Made by a program: the position numbers and the translations under genes. DNA of 64,000 bases, taken from IMG/VR virus record IMGVR_UViG_3300025450_000013. One strand, given 5' to 3'. Positions 44,956-54,159 of this stretch are shown piece by piece. This stretch comes from a virus. How positions within the stretch are numbered: the stretch's first letter is position 1; each line of letters begins with the position of its first letter. The notes under the pieces were generated by a model. It did not search any database. It saw nothing but the letters and a program-made list of their open reading frames with translations, and was not told where the DNA came from.

Positions 44956-45172
44956 TATTTAATTTATCTTTAAGATCCTGTATAAGAGTTTGGAATTGTT
45001 GTTTTTGATCATCGGTTAATTTATCATAATCAAAACCAGATTCGGTTATATTATTTGCTAGAAAAAAAGGTTCAAATATACTCTGAAGTAATGACTTGTC
45101 AACCCAGTTGTTATTAAAAGGGCACCAAACATAATTAGGTCCTGGAGAAGGAGGTCTTTTGGTATTTGTCAT
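44948..45172 (-). CDS. Hypothetical 74-aa protein
   Basis: PPSPGPNYVWCPFNNNWVD; overlaps the ligase start; possibly a fibre-assembly-type helper. Confidence 0.55.
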   Translation of the reverse strand: MTNTKRPPSPGPNYVWCPFNNNWVDKSLLQSIFEPFFLANNITESGFDYDKLTDDQKQQFQTLIQDLKDKLNNV

Positions 45173-45176
45173 ATTA

Positions 45177-45836
45177 TTAACTCCAACTAATGTTTACGTA
45201 ACCGTTTCCACCATTACCACCGTTACCACCACCAGCATTACCACCTCCACCACCACCTCCAGCACCAACTACTACACTTAAATATGTATTCCATGCTGGA
45301 TATCCAGGTGTTGCAATATAAGTCCAAGTTTTAACAGCAAGCCCACCTGCTCCCCCTGGTACAGAAGGTCCTGTTCCGTTACCTGAACCACCGTATCCAC
45401 CGTTAAATGCACCACCTGTATCATTACTATCACCACCTGAAGCAGTACCAAGACCACCTCCACCCAAACTAGGTTGTGATCCACCACCTTGCCCACCATT
45501 TGCTATTACACCGTCAAAGATACTTGCGGTACCATCACCTCCACCGGATCCTGAATACCAATATATGAAAGCGGTTGAACCACCTCCACCGCCTCCTCCA
45601 CCACCAGCTACGGTAACACTTAAAGTTTTGTAGGCAGGAATTAAAAAAGAATAGGTACCAGGAGTAGTAAATGATTGAGAACCTGCAACAGGTTTACCAA
45701 CTGCTTGTGATAGTGATATTTTACCAGATGCAGAACCTAAAAGATATCTAACATTAGGATCACTCATAGAGATTTGAGTAATGCCATTTTTAACAATACT
45801 TGCAATTTGACTCATAGATGGGATAGAGATTGGCAT
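45177..45836 (-). CDS. Glycine-rich tail-fibre tip (adhesin-like) protein
   Basis: N-terminal ISMSDPNVR.L.G.ASGKISLS.AVGK, FTTPGTYSF, polyglycine tracts, VVVGAGG...GGNGYVNISW. Confidence 0.65.
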   Translation of the reverse strand: MPISIPSMSQIASIVKNGITQISMSDPNVRYLLGSASGKISLSQAVGKPVAGSQSFTTPGTYSFLIPAYKTLSVTVAGGGGGGGGGSTAFIYWYSGSGGGDGTASIFDGVIANGGQGGGSQPSLGGGGLGTASGGDSNDTGGAFNGGYGGSGNGTGPSVPGGAGGLAVKTWTYIATPGYPAWNTYLSVVVGAGGGGGGGNAGGGNGGNGGNGYVNISWS

Positions 45837-45840
45837 TGTA

Positions 45841-47271
45841 TTATCCTATCTTAGATTCAAGTGCTTCAATTTTCTTTTGTTGCTCTTTAATGGCTTCAAT
45901 TAATAAAACGATTATTTTTTCATATTTGACAGCTTTTATACCGTTTTCTCTTACAGCTACGGCTTCTGGAAGGACTCTTTCAATTTCTTGTGCAATAACA
46001 CCAACATCATGTTTACGAACAAAGTATCCGTCTTCACCACCTTTTTCTTTAATGTAATCATCCGTCCAATCAAATTCCACACCACGGATCTTCTTAACTT
46101 TATTAATAGCATTTTCAATAACTGTCACATTTTCTTTAAGTTTTATATCAGATCCATAATATGCAGTAATATCATTTGAGGCCCAAATTTGATTTAGACT
46201 CCAGAATCCACCAGTGTTGAAAAGACCTATATTAGTTCCATTTGTTCTTATATAGACAGGTGTGTTTATATCTGTTCCTAAACTAAGTGCTCCACCATTT
46301 ACAACAACTGATCCCCACTGTGTTGACTGATATTGGTCAGTGAATTGTAGAATACCAGAACCACTTGAACCCGGATAAATTCTAATACCGTAGTTTCCAC
46401 CACCTGTTCTGAAAACACCACCATTACCATCAATATAACTATAAGTACCAAAAGTTGCTGAACTATCAACAGATAAAGATCCTTGAACTCTAAATGATGT
46501 ATAAGCAATACCATTATATTTTGGAATTGCTGCTGATCCTAAACTGTAAGCTGCATTGGCCCAAGCATATGCTCCACTCGCAACAGTACCGACATAATTG
46601 GAATTATATATTGCAGCATTTGCTTGGTTGAATCCTGCATTAGCAACACCAAATGCGTATCTTAATTGATAACCAATATTATTGGCATAGTTATATGCTG
46701 AAGTTGTATTAGCAGTAAGACCGGATACTGCACTTACAGTTAATCCTAAAGTGCTATTAGATTGATCAAATGAACTTGAAACATAATATTGCAATGCATT
46801 TGCTTGATCAAAAGCGGCCGCTGCATTGATTGTAGCACCATAGGCGATAGAATTTATAGAATTTGCAAATGTTCCTACTGAATTAACGGAACCAAATGCA
46901 CTATTAGATGTTAAATAAGCAACGTTTAATTTATCACTTGTTGATGAGATTAAATCATATGAAGCATTAGCAGCTGCCCATGCGGCATTAGCAGTATTGG
47001 CAATAACAAATGATGTTTGTGCGGCAAAGTAAATTCCATTGGCCCAATTAAAAGCAGCATTAGCAGTATTATAAGCCTCGACGGTCTTATTCTGAATTTC
47101 ACCACCAAAGTTAATAAAGATGCCTGATATATTTTCTAAATTAGCAGTAAGATTAGCGACAGAAGTATAAAGTTCACTAAAGTTATTATCAACCTTAGTA
47201 AAAGATACTCTCATTACATCGCCGGTACCGTCATTAGGAACTGTACCTATGTTAATATATTGTTGTGCCAT
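45841..47271 (-). CDS. Tail fibre with C-terminal intramolecular chaperone (peptidase S74-like)
   Basis: N-terminal INIGTVPNDGTGD..R..F.KV..NF.ELY; Ala/Asn heptads; SDIKLKENV, GVEFDW, GVIAQEIE.VLPEAV, LLIEAIKEQQ. Confidence 0.85.
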   Translation of the reverse strand: MAQQYINIGTVPNDGTGDVMRVSFTKVDNNFSELYTSVANLTANLENISGIFINFGGEIQNKTVEAYNTANAAFNWANGIYFAAQTSFVIANTANAAWAAANASYDLISSTSDKLNVAYLTSNSAFGSVNSVGTFANSINSIAYGATINAAAAFDQANALQYYVSSSFDQSNSTLGLTVSAVSGLTANTTSAYNYANNIGYQLRYAFGVANAGFNQANAAIYNSNYVGTVASGAYAWANAAYSLGSAAIPKYNGIAYTSFRVQGSLSVDSSATFGTYSYIDGNGGVFRTGGGNYGIRIYPGSSGSGILQFTDQYQSTQWGSVVVNGGALSLGTDINTPVYIRTNGTNIGLFNTGGFWSLNQIWASNDITAYYGSDIKLKENVTVIENAINKVKKIRGVEFDWTDDYIKEKGGEDGYFVRKHDVGVIAQEIERVLPEAVAVRENGIKAVKYEKIIVLLIEAIKEQQKKIEALESKIG

Positions 47272-47311
47272 TGTGATTTTTCCGCTGTTTGTTTACTTAT
47301 TTATACCACTA

Positions 47312-48571
47312 TTAGGTCAGACCAGTTCCTGACATTACAAATGTATTACCACTAGATCCAATACCTTGAACGCAAATTATATGTGCTAGGCCGTTTGCAG
47401 CAAGAGTTCTATTACCAGTGGTAAGACCACCTGCTCTTAATGATACGTTTGTATTCTGTGTAATGGTAATTGATGATGATGTATTGTTAAAAATATACAT
47501 TGTATTACCAGCAGAGAATACAGCATTAGGAACAAAAATTGTTCCTGTAGCAGCAACTACGGAACCAACATCAGAAATAGTTAAACCATATGGGCTCGCT
47601 TTAGAAGAAACGAAACGATTATTTGACAGTGCGGTGTTTGCCACACCAAAGGCCGCATTAATAACACCAAAGGCACTATTAACTGCCGTATAAGTTGTAT
47701 TGGTAAGACCAAAAGCAGCAATAGTGTTGGTTGATACACCATTAGCAAAACCAAATGCCGAACTTAAAGTTGATAGAACATTTTGACCTGCAACAAACAA
47801 TGAACTAGAAACGTTTGTTGATCCTGCAACATCAAGTGTATATTGTGGATTAGTGGTACCTATACCAACATTAGCACCACCTGCAAAGTCCTGAATACGC
47901 ATTGCTTCATTGACTGCAAGAGAACCGCCTACGAAGAAATTTATAAACTTGAAAGTAGAAGTTGAATTAGCCGTACCAATTGAAAGATTGCCATCAGATG
48001 TGTAGAGATAACCATCATTATTAGCATTAATAGTCCATGTTGGTAGGCTATACTTAGAACTATTAATACCAAGATCAATATAGTTTGTGGTATCTGTACC
48101 ATTATCTGCGGTTGCAACAATGTCTGTGGAAGAGTTTACACCAGCATAAGCATTACGAATCTGTAATTGGACTGTATTGTTTTGTGTACCTTCAGCATCA
48201 ATAATATCACCAAAGAGAGCAATTGGAGTTACAGAACCTTGAACGATTGTTAGTGGTGCGGCCGCTGTTGTTGTTCCTATACCGACGTTACCTGTTGGAA
48301 AATATAGAGTTCCACTGAACTTAGAACCTGATGTATTTGGTAAAGCAGTATTGGCAATACCATATGCATTATTTGTCAGAGTATAAACGTTTGCAATTAA
48401 AGAACCGTTTACATCTAATCCTATTAATAAGTCTGAACTACTAGCAAAAAGAGATGATGTAAAACCATATAATTCATTAAAATTAGCATTTACTTTGATA
48501 AACGCATCTCTTAATTTATCACCGGTACCATCATCGGCTGTTGTTCCTGTATTAATTACTTGTTCCGACAT
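47312..48571 (-). CDS. Tail fibre / appendage protein
   Basis: Same N-terminal attachment motif (INTGTTADDGTGDKLRDAFIKVNANFNELY); GNVGIGTT repeats; C-terminal FVMSGTGLT. Confidence 0.75.
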   Translation of the reverse strand: MSEQVINTGTTADDGTGDKLRDAFIKVNANFNELYGFTSSLFASSSDLLIGLDVNGSLIANVYTLTNNAYGIANTALPNTSGSKFSGTLYFPTGNVGIGTTTAAAPLTIVQGSVTPIALFGDIIDAEGTQNNTVQLQIRNAYAGVNSSTDIVATADNGTDTTNYIDLGINSSKYSLPTWTINANNDGYLYTSDGNLSIGTANSTSTFKFINFFVGGSLAVNEAMRIQDFAGGANVGIGTTNPQYTLDVAGSTNVSSSLFVAGQNVLSTLSSAFGFANGVSTNTIAAFGLTNTTYTAVNSAFGVINAAFGVANTALSNNRFVSSKASPYGLTISDVGSVVAATGTIFVPNAVFSAGNTMYIFNNTSSSITITQNTNVSLRAGGLTTGNRTLAANGLAHIICVQGIGSSGNTFVMSGTGLT

Positions 48572-48594
48572 TTACTTGCTCCACTTTTGTCGTT

Positions 48595-49599
48595 TTATTC
48601 TATTTCTGGCCACTCAATGATATCTGTCGTATAACCATAATCGTCCGTTGGTTTTGCATTAATAGGATCTGGAGTTATTTTTATACTTACTAATTCTAAT
48701 GGTTTGGTATAAAATGACGCTAAGGTACAAACACCATTGGTAGACACTGCATGTATGGTATTATTTACTTTAAATATACCTTGAGTAGCACCTAGTACCA
48801 ACTGATTAGATTGACTATTATAACTTATAACAATTGCAGTTGCAGTTGCGGTCCCGTAATTATTACCTTGAAAGACAAAATCATTTATCTTAAATGTACC
48901 GTTTGCGTTTGATGTATTTATCCTTGTTATATATCCAGATTGTAAACTTGTATCGTTCCAGATATTTGCATAAACAGTGCGAATAATCTTTGGATAACTG
49001 ATAGGTCCATAATAATACATCTTCATGGTAAAGTTAAGGGTCCAATTTACATACCTTACAGTATCAAAATCTCCCTCATATTGAATGTCATTTGATACGT
49101 TATTAAGTATGATAGGAACATCTTTTAATGCTCCTAGGTCTGGTATCATATTGGTAGATACGGTAAAATCTGGATTAAAGAATGGTAAAATCTGTTCAAC
49201 AATCTGAGTACCATCGTCAATGTTCCGTGTGTAGATGTTCAACTGAAAGTTAATATCATATGGAACACCCATATAGGATGCTGAGACATGTGTGGTTGTA
49301 TTGGATCTGGCCGCTTTCAATAAAGAGTTTTGTTTTCTTGTGGCGTCATATGTGATACCAGTTATTTCAAAAGACATTCTAGGTAATATAACTTGAACTG
49401 ACTTCAATAAATCTGGATCTGAAAATAAACGAGTAATCATTTTCTCTTTTGGAGAATAAATAATAGGAACTAAAAAACGATTGGTTTCTGCACCAGTTTG
49501 ATCATTTGTTCTAACCAACGTAATGTCATCAAACAAACGACCAAAAAGGACGACTGCTTTACGGGTTAATTGATGATAAAATGGATCGTTACCTAACAT
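48595..49599 (-). CDS. gp15: Tail sheath stabiliser / terminator
   Basis: FYH, FGRLF, VPIIYSPKEK, LPRMSFE, VPY, QIVEQILPFF.P, WTLNFT.K..YYGP. Confidence 0.95.
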   Translation of the reverse strand: MLGNDPFYHQLTRKAVVLFGRLFDDITLVRTNDQTGAETNRFLVPIIYSPKEKMITRLFSDPDLLKSVQVILPRMSFEITGITYDATRKQNSLLKAARSNTTTHVSASYMGVPYDINFQLNIYTRNIDDGTQIVEQILPFFNPDFTVSTNMIPDLGALKDVPIILNNVSNDIQYEGDFDTVRYVNWTLNFTMKMYYYGPISYPKIIRTVYANIWNDTSLQSGYITRINTSNANGTFKINDFVFQGNNYGTATATAIVISYNSQSNQLVLGATQGIFKVNNTIHAVSTNGVCTLASFYTKPLELVSIKITPDPINAKPTDDYGYTTDIIEWPEIE

Positions 49600-50486
49600 T
49601 ATGCTTTTCCAAATGGGTTATTTTCTGACAAGTCAAGTATAATACCAGCATCATTATAAACATTTTGATTATCTGTTAAATTATAAGTGGATTGATCATA
49701 TTCATCAACCAATAGTATGGAATAATTTGCTCTACTTGTATTACCAATAATATTAGCATTATTCTGGAATTCACCTACAATGTTATACAACCAAATTGTA
49801 TCATTTGAAGCCATCCATTGTGTGACTGTACCAGAGGCGGTAGAATTTGCCAGAGTACCATCGGGAGATTGATAAACTTGTTCTCCAACATAATAGTCAT
49901 CCGCAATAATTCCTGGTGTTAATTTAAGTGAAATGGTGTAGTTATTATCAATACCAACTTGATCAATCTCTTCAATACCAGTATTAATAGGTTCCTGAGA
50001 TGATCGGAATGCCTCACATCTCAACTCATAAACAAATGGTAATCTTTTACCTAAGGAGTGAAACATTAGTTCCTGTTCAACAAACTTAATCTCATACATT
50101 TTATGAAGCACAGGAACATATAGTAAATCTCCTTCTCTAGGCCTCATTCTAATAGAACCTGGTAGTATATTAAGAAAAGACCTACGTGAAAGGACGAACG
50201 TATCTGTGTCCCTGATCTCTAGTCCAAACTTGGAGAAGAAATCACCTTGACCCTCATGCCCGGTGACATTGGATAGGTAGGCTTCAATAAGGTATGCTTT
50301 ATTAAATGCACTTTTGGAATACTCACCAAAGACCATATCACCTTCATCAAAGGACTCTCTAGGAACATAGTAGATATTGTGACCCATCATCTGTATGGAT
50401 TCCACGATTATATCTTCCATGACTAGGTATTCGTTTGTTATTCTTTCCTGCGATGGATAGTTGTTTATGTAACGGTTGACTGCCAT
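49599..50486 (-). CDS. gp14: Neck (head completion) protein
   Basis: ESIQMMG..IYYVPRE, FGE, FFSKFGLEIRD, RPREGDL.Y, SENNPFG. Confidence 0.95.
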   Translation of the reverse strand: MAVNRYINNYPSQERITNEYLVMEDIIVESIQMMGHNIYYVPRESFDEGDMVFGEYSKSAFNKAYLIEAYLSNVTGHEGQGDFFSKFGLEIRDTDTFVLSRRSFLNILPGSIRMRPREGDLLYVPVLHKMYEIKFVEQELMFHSLGKRLPFVYELRCEAFRSSQEPINTGIEEIDQVGIDNNYTISLKLTPGIIADDYYVGEQVYQSPDGTLANSTASGTVTQWMASNDTIWLYNIVGEFQNNANIIGNTSRANYSILLVDEYDQSTYNLTDNQNVYNDAGIILDLSENNPFGKA

Positions 50487-50487
50487 A

Positions 50488-51237
50488 TTATCCTACAAGA
50501 AACTGAGGCGGCGCCTGGTATGTTGTCTCAATGTATTGCTCAATCTCTTTAATCTCATTTACAGCTTCTTCAAAGATTTGTTGACCGTTCATTGTAATAC
50601 CGCCTGGTAACTGCATACCACCAAACTTTTTAAGATTGTTACCCCATTGTTTTTTAACATATGCTACTGCTAGTTTTTTTAACATACGGTCATTATAAGC
50701 CTTATTATATGCTTCTGGATCAGTAATAATGTATCCTTCAGCAACAATCCACTGGCCTGAGGTAATGTCTGATGACCAATCCCAGTCAATATAAAGGTTT
50801 TCACTAACACGATTAAAACGGACAGGAGTTTCACCAGAGAAGATCATGTCTAAGGTACGCATATGCTGCATAGTTAGAGCATAGTTTACATAAGAGGTTG
50901 ATGAAAGGTCCCAAAGGTCGTTAAGGCGTAACTGGTATCGAAGGTCAAAGAAGGTCATTGACTGGTTCGTACCACCAACTGGAAATATGTTGGTTACGCC
51001 AATGACATTAGGATTCATTGTGATATATTGATTAGTTATATCGGTATCGGTAATAAGATGCTTTAGATATGTTCTTTCGGTTCCATCATAATGAAACTCT
51101 TGCCAATACTGAAAGGCAAGATTGATAGCATCTTCAACCTGGACATCATCTACGTTAATTGTGATTACAGGGTAACCTAGCTGACGTAGGCAGAAATCTT
51201 TAAGTTCTTGTCTAGATGCTGGTGCTGACTGAGCCAT
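50488..51237 (-). CDS. gp13: Neck protein
   Basis: LRQLGYPVI.INVD..QVED, HYDG, YQLRLNDL, KKQWGNNLKKF.G.QLPGG. Confidence 0.96.
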   Translation of the reverse strand: MAQSAPASRQELKDFCLRQLGYPVITINVDDVQVEDAINLAFQYWQEFHYDGTERTYLKHLITDTDITNQYITMNPNVIGVTNIFPVGGTNQSMTFFDLRYQLRLNDLWDLSSTSYVNYALTMQHMRTLDMIFSGETPVRFNRVSENLYIDWDWSSDITSGQWIVAEGYIITDPEAYNKAYNDRMLKKLAVAYVKKQWGNNLKKFGGMQLPGGITMNGQQIFEEAVNEIKEIEQYIETTYQAPPQFLVG

Positions 51238-51278
51238 AGTAATCCCTTTATATGGTATTTCATACTATTTAGGATTAT

Positions 51279-51884
51279 TTACCTGAACTTAGGACCTTCT
51301 ACCCATATAACAATTGACTTACGAATACCTAAGTGTACCGGTTTCACTCTATGGATCAGAAAAGATGGAAATGCTATAATCTTACCTCTAGTCATTTCAG
51401 GTGTTCTTGCATCTTCTTCCATTCCAAGGTTTATTTGAAATTCACCCCCTGAGAAATGAACTTGTGGTTCTGATAGTAACATAACCAAAGTTAATTTTCT
51501 GACAGAATCGGTACAATCATTATCACCTAATACCGTATCCATATGCCAGTCATACATTCCTTTATTCAAAGAATCATAAACAGTGTATTGAAAATCTTTA
51601 TAACCATAAAGGTCAAATCCAAAATAAGTTGAATTTATTCTATCAATCACACCGTTAAATTTATCAAAAATCCAATAATTCTCTTCATTTCTGCTGATAA
51701 ATTTTACCTTAGATTTTCTATGCTGTTCACAATCTTCACCTTTACCGACTGTTGTGGATCTATGTAATTCTTCTTTTTGACATAATTTTTCAATGTCATT
51801 CAATTCATTTTCAACAAATAAATTTTCCCACAAAATATAACTAGGTATATTTTTTCTAAAATTCACAGGATCATTTGAAATCAT
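51279..51884 (-). CDS. 2OG-Fe(II) oxygenase, prolyl-4-hydroxylase/PKHD-like
   Basis: RKSKV, FQYTVY, YDWHMD (HxD), RKLT, GGEF, FPSFLIHRVKPV..G.RKS.V.W; start moved to MISND (TAATG coupling). Confidence 0.88.
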   Translation of the reverse strand: MISNDPVNFRKNIPSYILWENLFVENELNDIEKLCQKEELHRSTTVGKGEDCEQHRKSKVKFISRNEENYWIFDKFNGVIDRINSTYFGFDLYGYKDFQYTVYDSLNKGMYDWHMDTVLGDNDCTDSVRKLTLVMLLSEPQVHFSGGEFQINLGMEEDARTPEMTRGKIIAFPSFLIHRVKPVHLGIRKSIVIWVEGPKFR

Positions 51885-52345
51885 TATGTATTGGCCACCA
51901 CCATTTTGTTTGATATCATGTAATTTATTACGTTGTTTACCACATTTGGCATACATTTATTTGCCACATCATTAATTTCATCAAGTTGTGTTTTAAGTAT
52001 TAGATTGTTAGCATCATTTGCTGAATAACTATTTACATTGTATAAAAATGTATTAACATTTGTAAAATTAACAACTGTATTAACTTTTGGTGTAATAGCC
52101 CAAAAAGGAGTTGCTGATTGTATAAGATTTAAAATATCATTAGATGAAGTATTTGCAGTATCATATATTGTTAAATTTGTGTCGGTAGAACAATGAATAG
52201 GATAACCATTACTGGTTAACATAATATCCCCACGAACATCAATGGAGGTTGATAGTGTATTTTCAGAAACCTTATCACTCCAATATCTAACAGTAAATGT
52301 ATTTTCCTCTGGGAAAACATCTATAATTCTAAAAAATACGTTCAT
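51884..52345 (-). CDS. Hypothetical protein, possible fibre chaperone
   Basis: 153 aa between the Gly-X-X adhesin and the oxygenase; AGGGG SD. Confidence 0.6.
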   Translation of the reverse strand: MNVFFRIIDVFPEENTFTVRYWSDKVSENTLSTSIDVRGDIMLTSNGYPIHCSTDTNLTIYDTANTSSNDILNLIQSATPFWAITPKVNTVVNFTNVNTFLYNVNSYSANDANNLILKTQLDEINDVANKCMPNVVNNVINYMISNKMVVANT

Positions 52346-52355
52346 TTTATCCCCT

Positions 52356-54104
52356 TTAGACCTTAGGTCCGTTGATTGTACCCATATTTATATACTTAAT
52401 ATTTGAGTTACCACATATTGCGGATCCTTGAGTACCTGGTGAACCTGATGCTCCCGAAGATCCTGGTGAACCTGGTGATCCTTGAGAACCGGCATTTCCT
52501 GGATGCCCTGTTGCTCCTGGTGAACCGGCATTTCCTGGTTGACCTGATGGCCCAGAATTTCCTGCTGATCCTGGGGATCCAGCATTTCCTGGTTGACCTG
52601 AATGCCCGGCCCCACCTGTTGATCCGGCTGAACCGGCTGGACCAGGTTGACCAGAATGACCAGCTGGTCCTCCACCACCACCGCCTCCTGGATATCCTGG
52701 TTGATTTAAGTCACCGCCTCCACCACCACCATTTGGACCGGATCTACCAAAATGATGGCTGCATCCGTGATGGTTAGCAGGTTGATGACTTGCTCCGTGA
52801 TAACATCCTGAAGCGTGGTGCCCATTATATCCACAATGGGCACAATTTACTTGGCCAGCACCTTGATGATTTGCGCTATAATGTGCTGCTGGTTGGTGCT
52901 GACCCCATCCACCACCTTGATGAGAATGACCGGGAGGTCCATGAGGACCACCACAAGCACTACCGCCTGGGCCTGGAGGTATACCTGCACCACCTCCACC
53001 GCCGCCTCTATGACCGGAAGCTCCGCCGCCGCCGCCTCCAGGTCCTCCTGGTCCAGAATTTCCACCTGAACCACCTGGTCCGGCACTTCCTCCAGAACCA
53101 CCTGGTCCTGCATTTCCACCTGAACCACCTGATCCAGCATAACCGCCTACGCCACCAGGTCCGGCATTTCCACCTGAACCACCTGGACCTCCCGGACCCG
53201 CAGCTCCACCTGGTCCTCCAGATCCACCAGGACCAGATGATCCTCCAGAACCTCCTGGACCAGATGATCCTCCACTTATTGTTGATGTATTGTTGAGAAT
53301 TATACTAACACCATATACGGCACATGCTTTAAGTGATACACCACCAGGTTGCCCGGTGCCTCCTGTACCACCAGGTTGCCCGGTGCCTCCTGCACCTCCT
53401 GGTTGACCACATCCACCTCGGACACCTGAACCTCCCGGTTGACCACAACCACCTAGGCCGCCTGAACCTCCTGGTTGGCCTGCACCTCCTGGTTGACCAC
53501 AACCACCTCGGCCACCTGGTTGACCATAACCACCTGGTTGACCGTGACCACCTGTACCTCCTGTGCCTCCTGGAGTACCGCCTCCACCATGGTGGCCTCC
53601 ACCGAACCATCCGGGTCCGTGACCTCCACCACCACCAGCACCAAATGCACCTGTACCACCTGGTTGACCGTGTGCTCCTGTGTATCCTGGTTGACCGTGT
53701 GCTCCTGTACCACCTGGGTTACCGTGACGACCTGCTCCACCTGGTTGACCGTGTGACCCTGTACCACCTGGTGTACCTACAGATCCTGAACTACCTGTAG
53801 CACCTGGATTTCCTGTAGAACCTACAGATCCTGGAGCACCTGGTGTGCCTGTAGCACCTGTAGTACCAGCTGCACCTGCTATGGTTGCTGAATTTTTAAT
53901 ATAAATTAGAGTACCTGGCCTCCAACTGGAACCTGTCTGTAAAGCAGGTGTTGAAGTTGAGGTACTTCCTATGTTAGCATTGATAAAAACAAATATATTA
54001 CCAGGGTAGGATGGGCTACCTGATTGATTGTAGAGATTAACATTATTAGTCGCGGAACTAATATTAATAATTTTTGTTGGTCTGGTAATAGGAAACAAGA
54101 ACAT
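52356..54104 (-). CDS. gp38-adhesin-like protein with very long Gly-X-X tracts and His/Cys-rich loop
   Basis: Framework segments NNVNLY...INANIGS...PALQTG...IYIKNSATIAG, IILNNTSTISGG and GSAICGNSNIKYINMGTING interrupted by four (GXX)n runs. Confidence 0.65.
   Translation of the reverse strand: MFLFPITRPTKIINISSATNNVNLYNQSGSPSYPGNIFVFINANIGSTSTSTPALQTGSSWRPGTLIYIKNSATIAGAAGTTGATGTPGAPGSVGSTGNPGATGSSGSVGTPGGTGSHGQPGGAGRHGNPGGTGAHGQPGYTGAHGQPGGTGAFGAGGGGGHGPGWFGGGHHGGGGTPGGTGGTGGHGQPGGYGQPGGRGGCGQPGGAGQPGGSGGLGGCGQPGGSGVRGGCGQPGGAGGTGQPGGTGGTGQPGGVSLKACAVYGVSIILNNTSTISGGSSGPGGSGGSSGPGGSGGPGGAAGPGGPGGSGGNAGPGGVGGYAGSGGSGGNAGPGGSGGSAGPGGSGGNSGPGGPGGGGGGASGHRGGGGGGAGIPPGPGGSACGGPHGPPGHSHQGGGWGQHQPAAHYSANHQGAGQVNCAHCGYNGHHASGCYHGASHQPANHHGCSHHFGRSGPNGGGGGGDLNQPGYPGGGGGGGPAGHSGQPGPAGSAGSTGGAGHSGQPGNAGSPGSAGNSGPSGQPGNAGSPGATGHPGNAGSQGSPGSPGSSGASGSPGTQGSAICGNSNIKYINMGTINGPKV
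52430..53880. repeat. GC-rich 9/27-bp periodic repeats coding Gly-X-X
   Basis: For example CCACCAGGTTGCCCGGTGCCTCCTG repeated with 27-nt period near 53341-53392; recurring CCTGGTTGACC. Confidence 0.8.
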
Positions 54105-54107
54105 TAA

Positions 54108-54142
54108 TTACACCTTATGAGCATATACTATATACTATTTAG
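54108..54142. promoter_or_regulatory. Divergent control region
   Basis: Plus strand TTACAC-17 nt-TATACT (weak -35) before hldE; minus-strand late promoter CTAAATA at 54136-54142. Confidence 0.45.
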
Positions 54143-54159
54143 TTACTATGGAGTTTGCT

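Noticed and set aside
44948-45172. Acyl/peptidyl carrier protein for the ANL ligase
   Set aside because: No clear GxDSL phosphopantetheine motif (only DKSLL) and a Pro/Trp-rich N-terminus unlike a carrier four-helix bundle
45841-48571. Enrichment of N-x-S/T glycosylation sequons in fibre proteins
   Set aside because: Sequons are frequent, but so are N, S and T; enrichment cannot be shown without a shuffled control
52388-53800. Many overlapping alternative ORFs and a possible CRISPR-like array
   Set aside because: They are shadows of the GC-rich Gly-X-X coding repeat; there is no constant repeat with unique spacers
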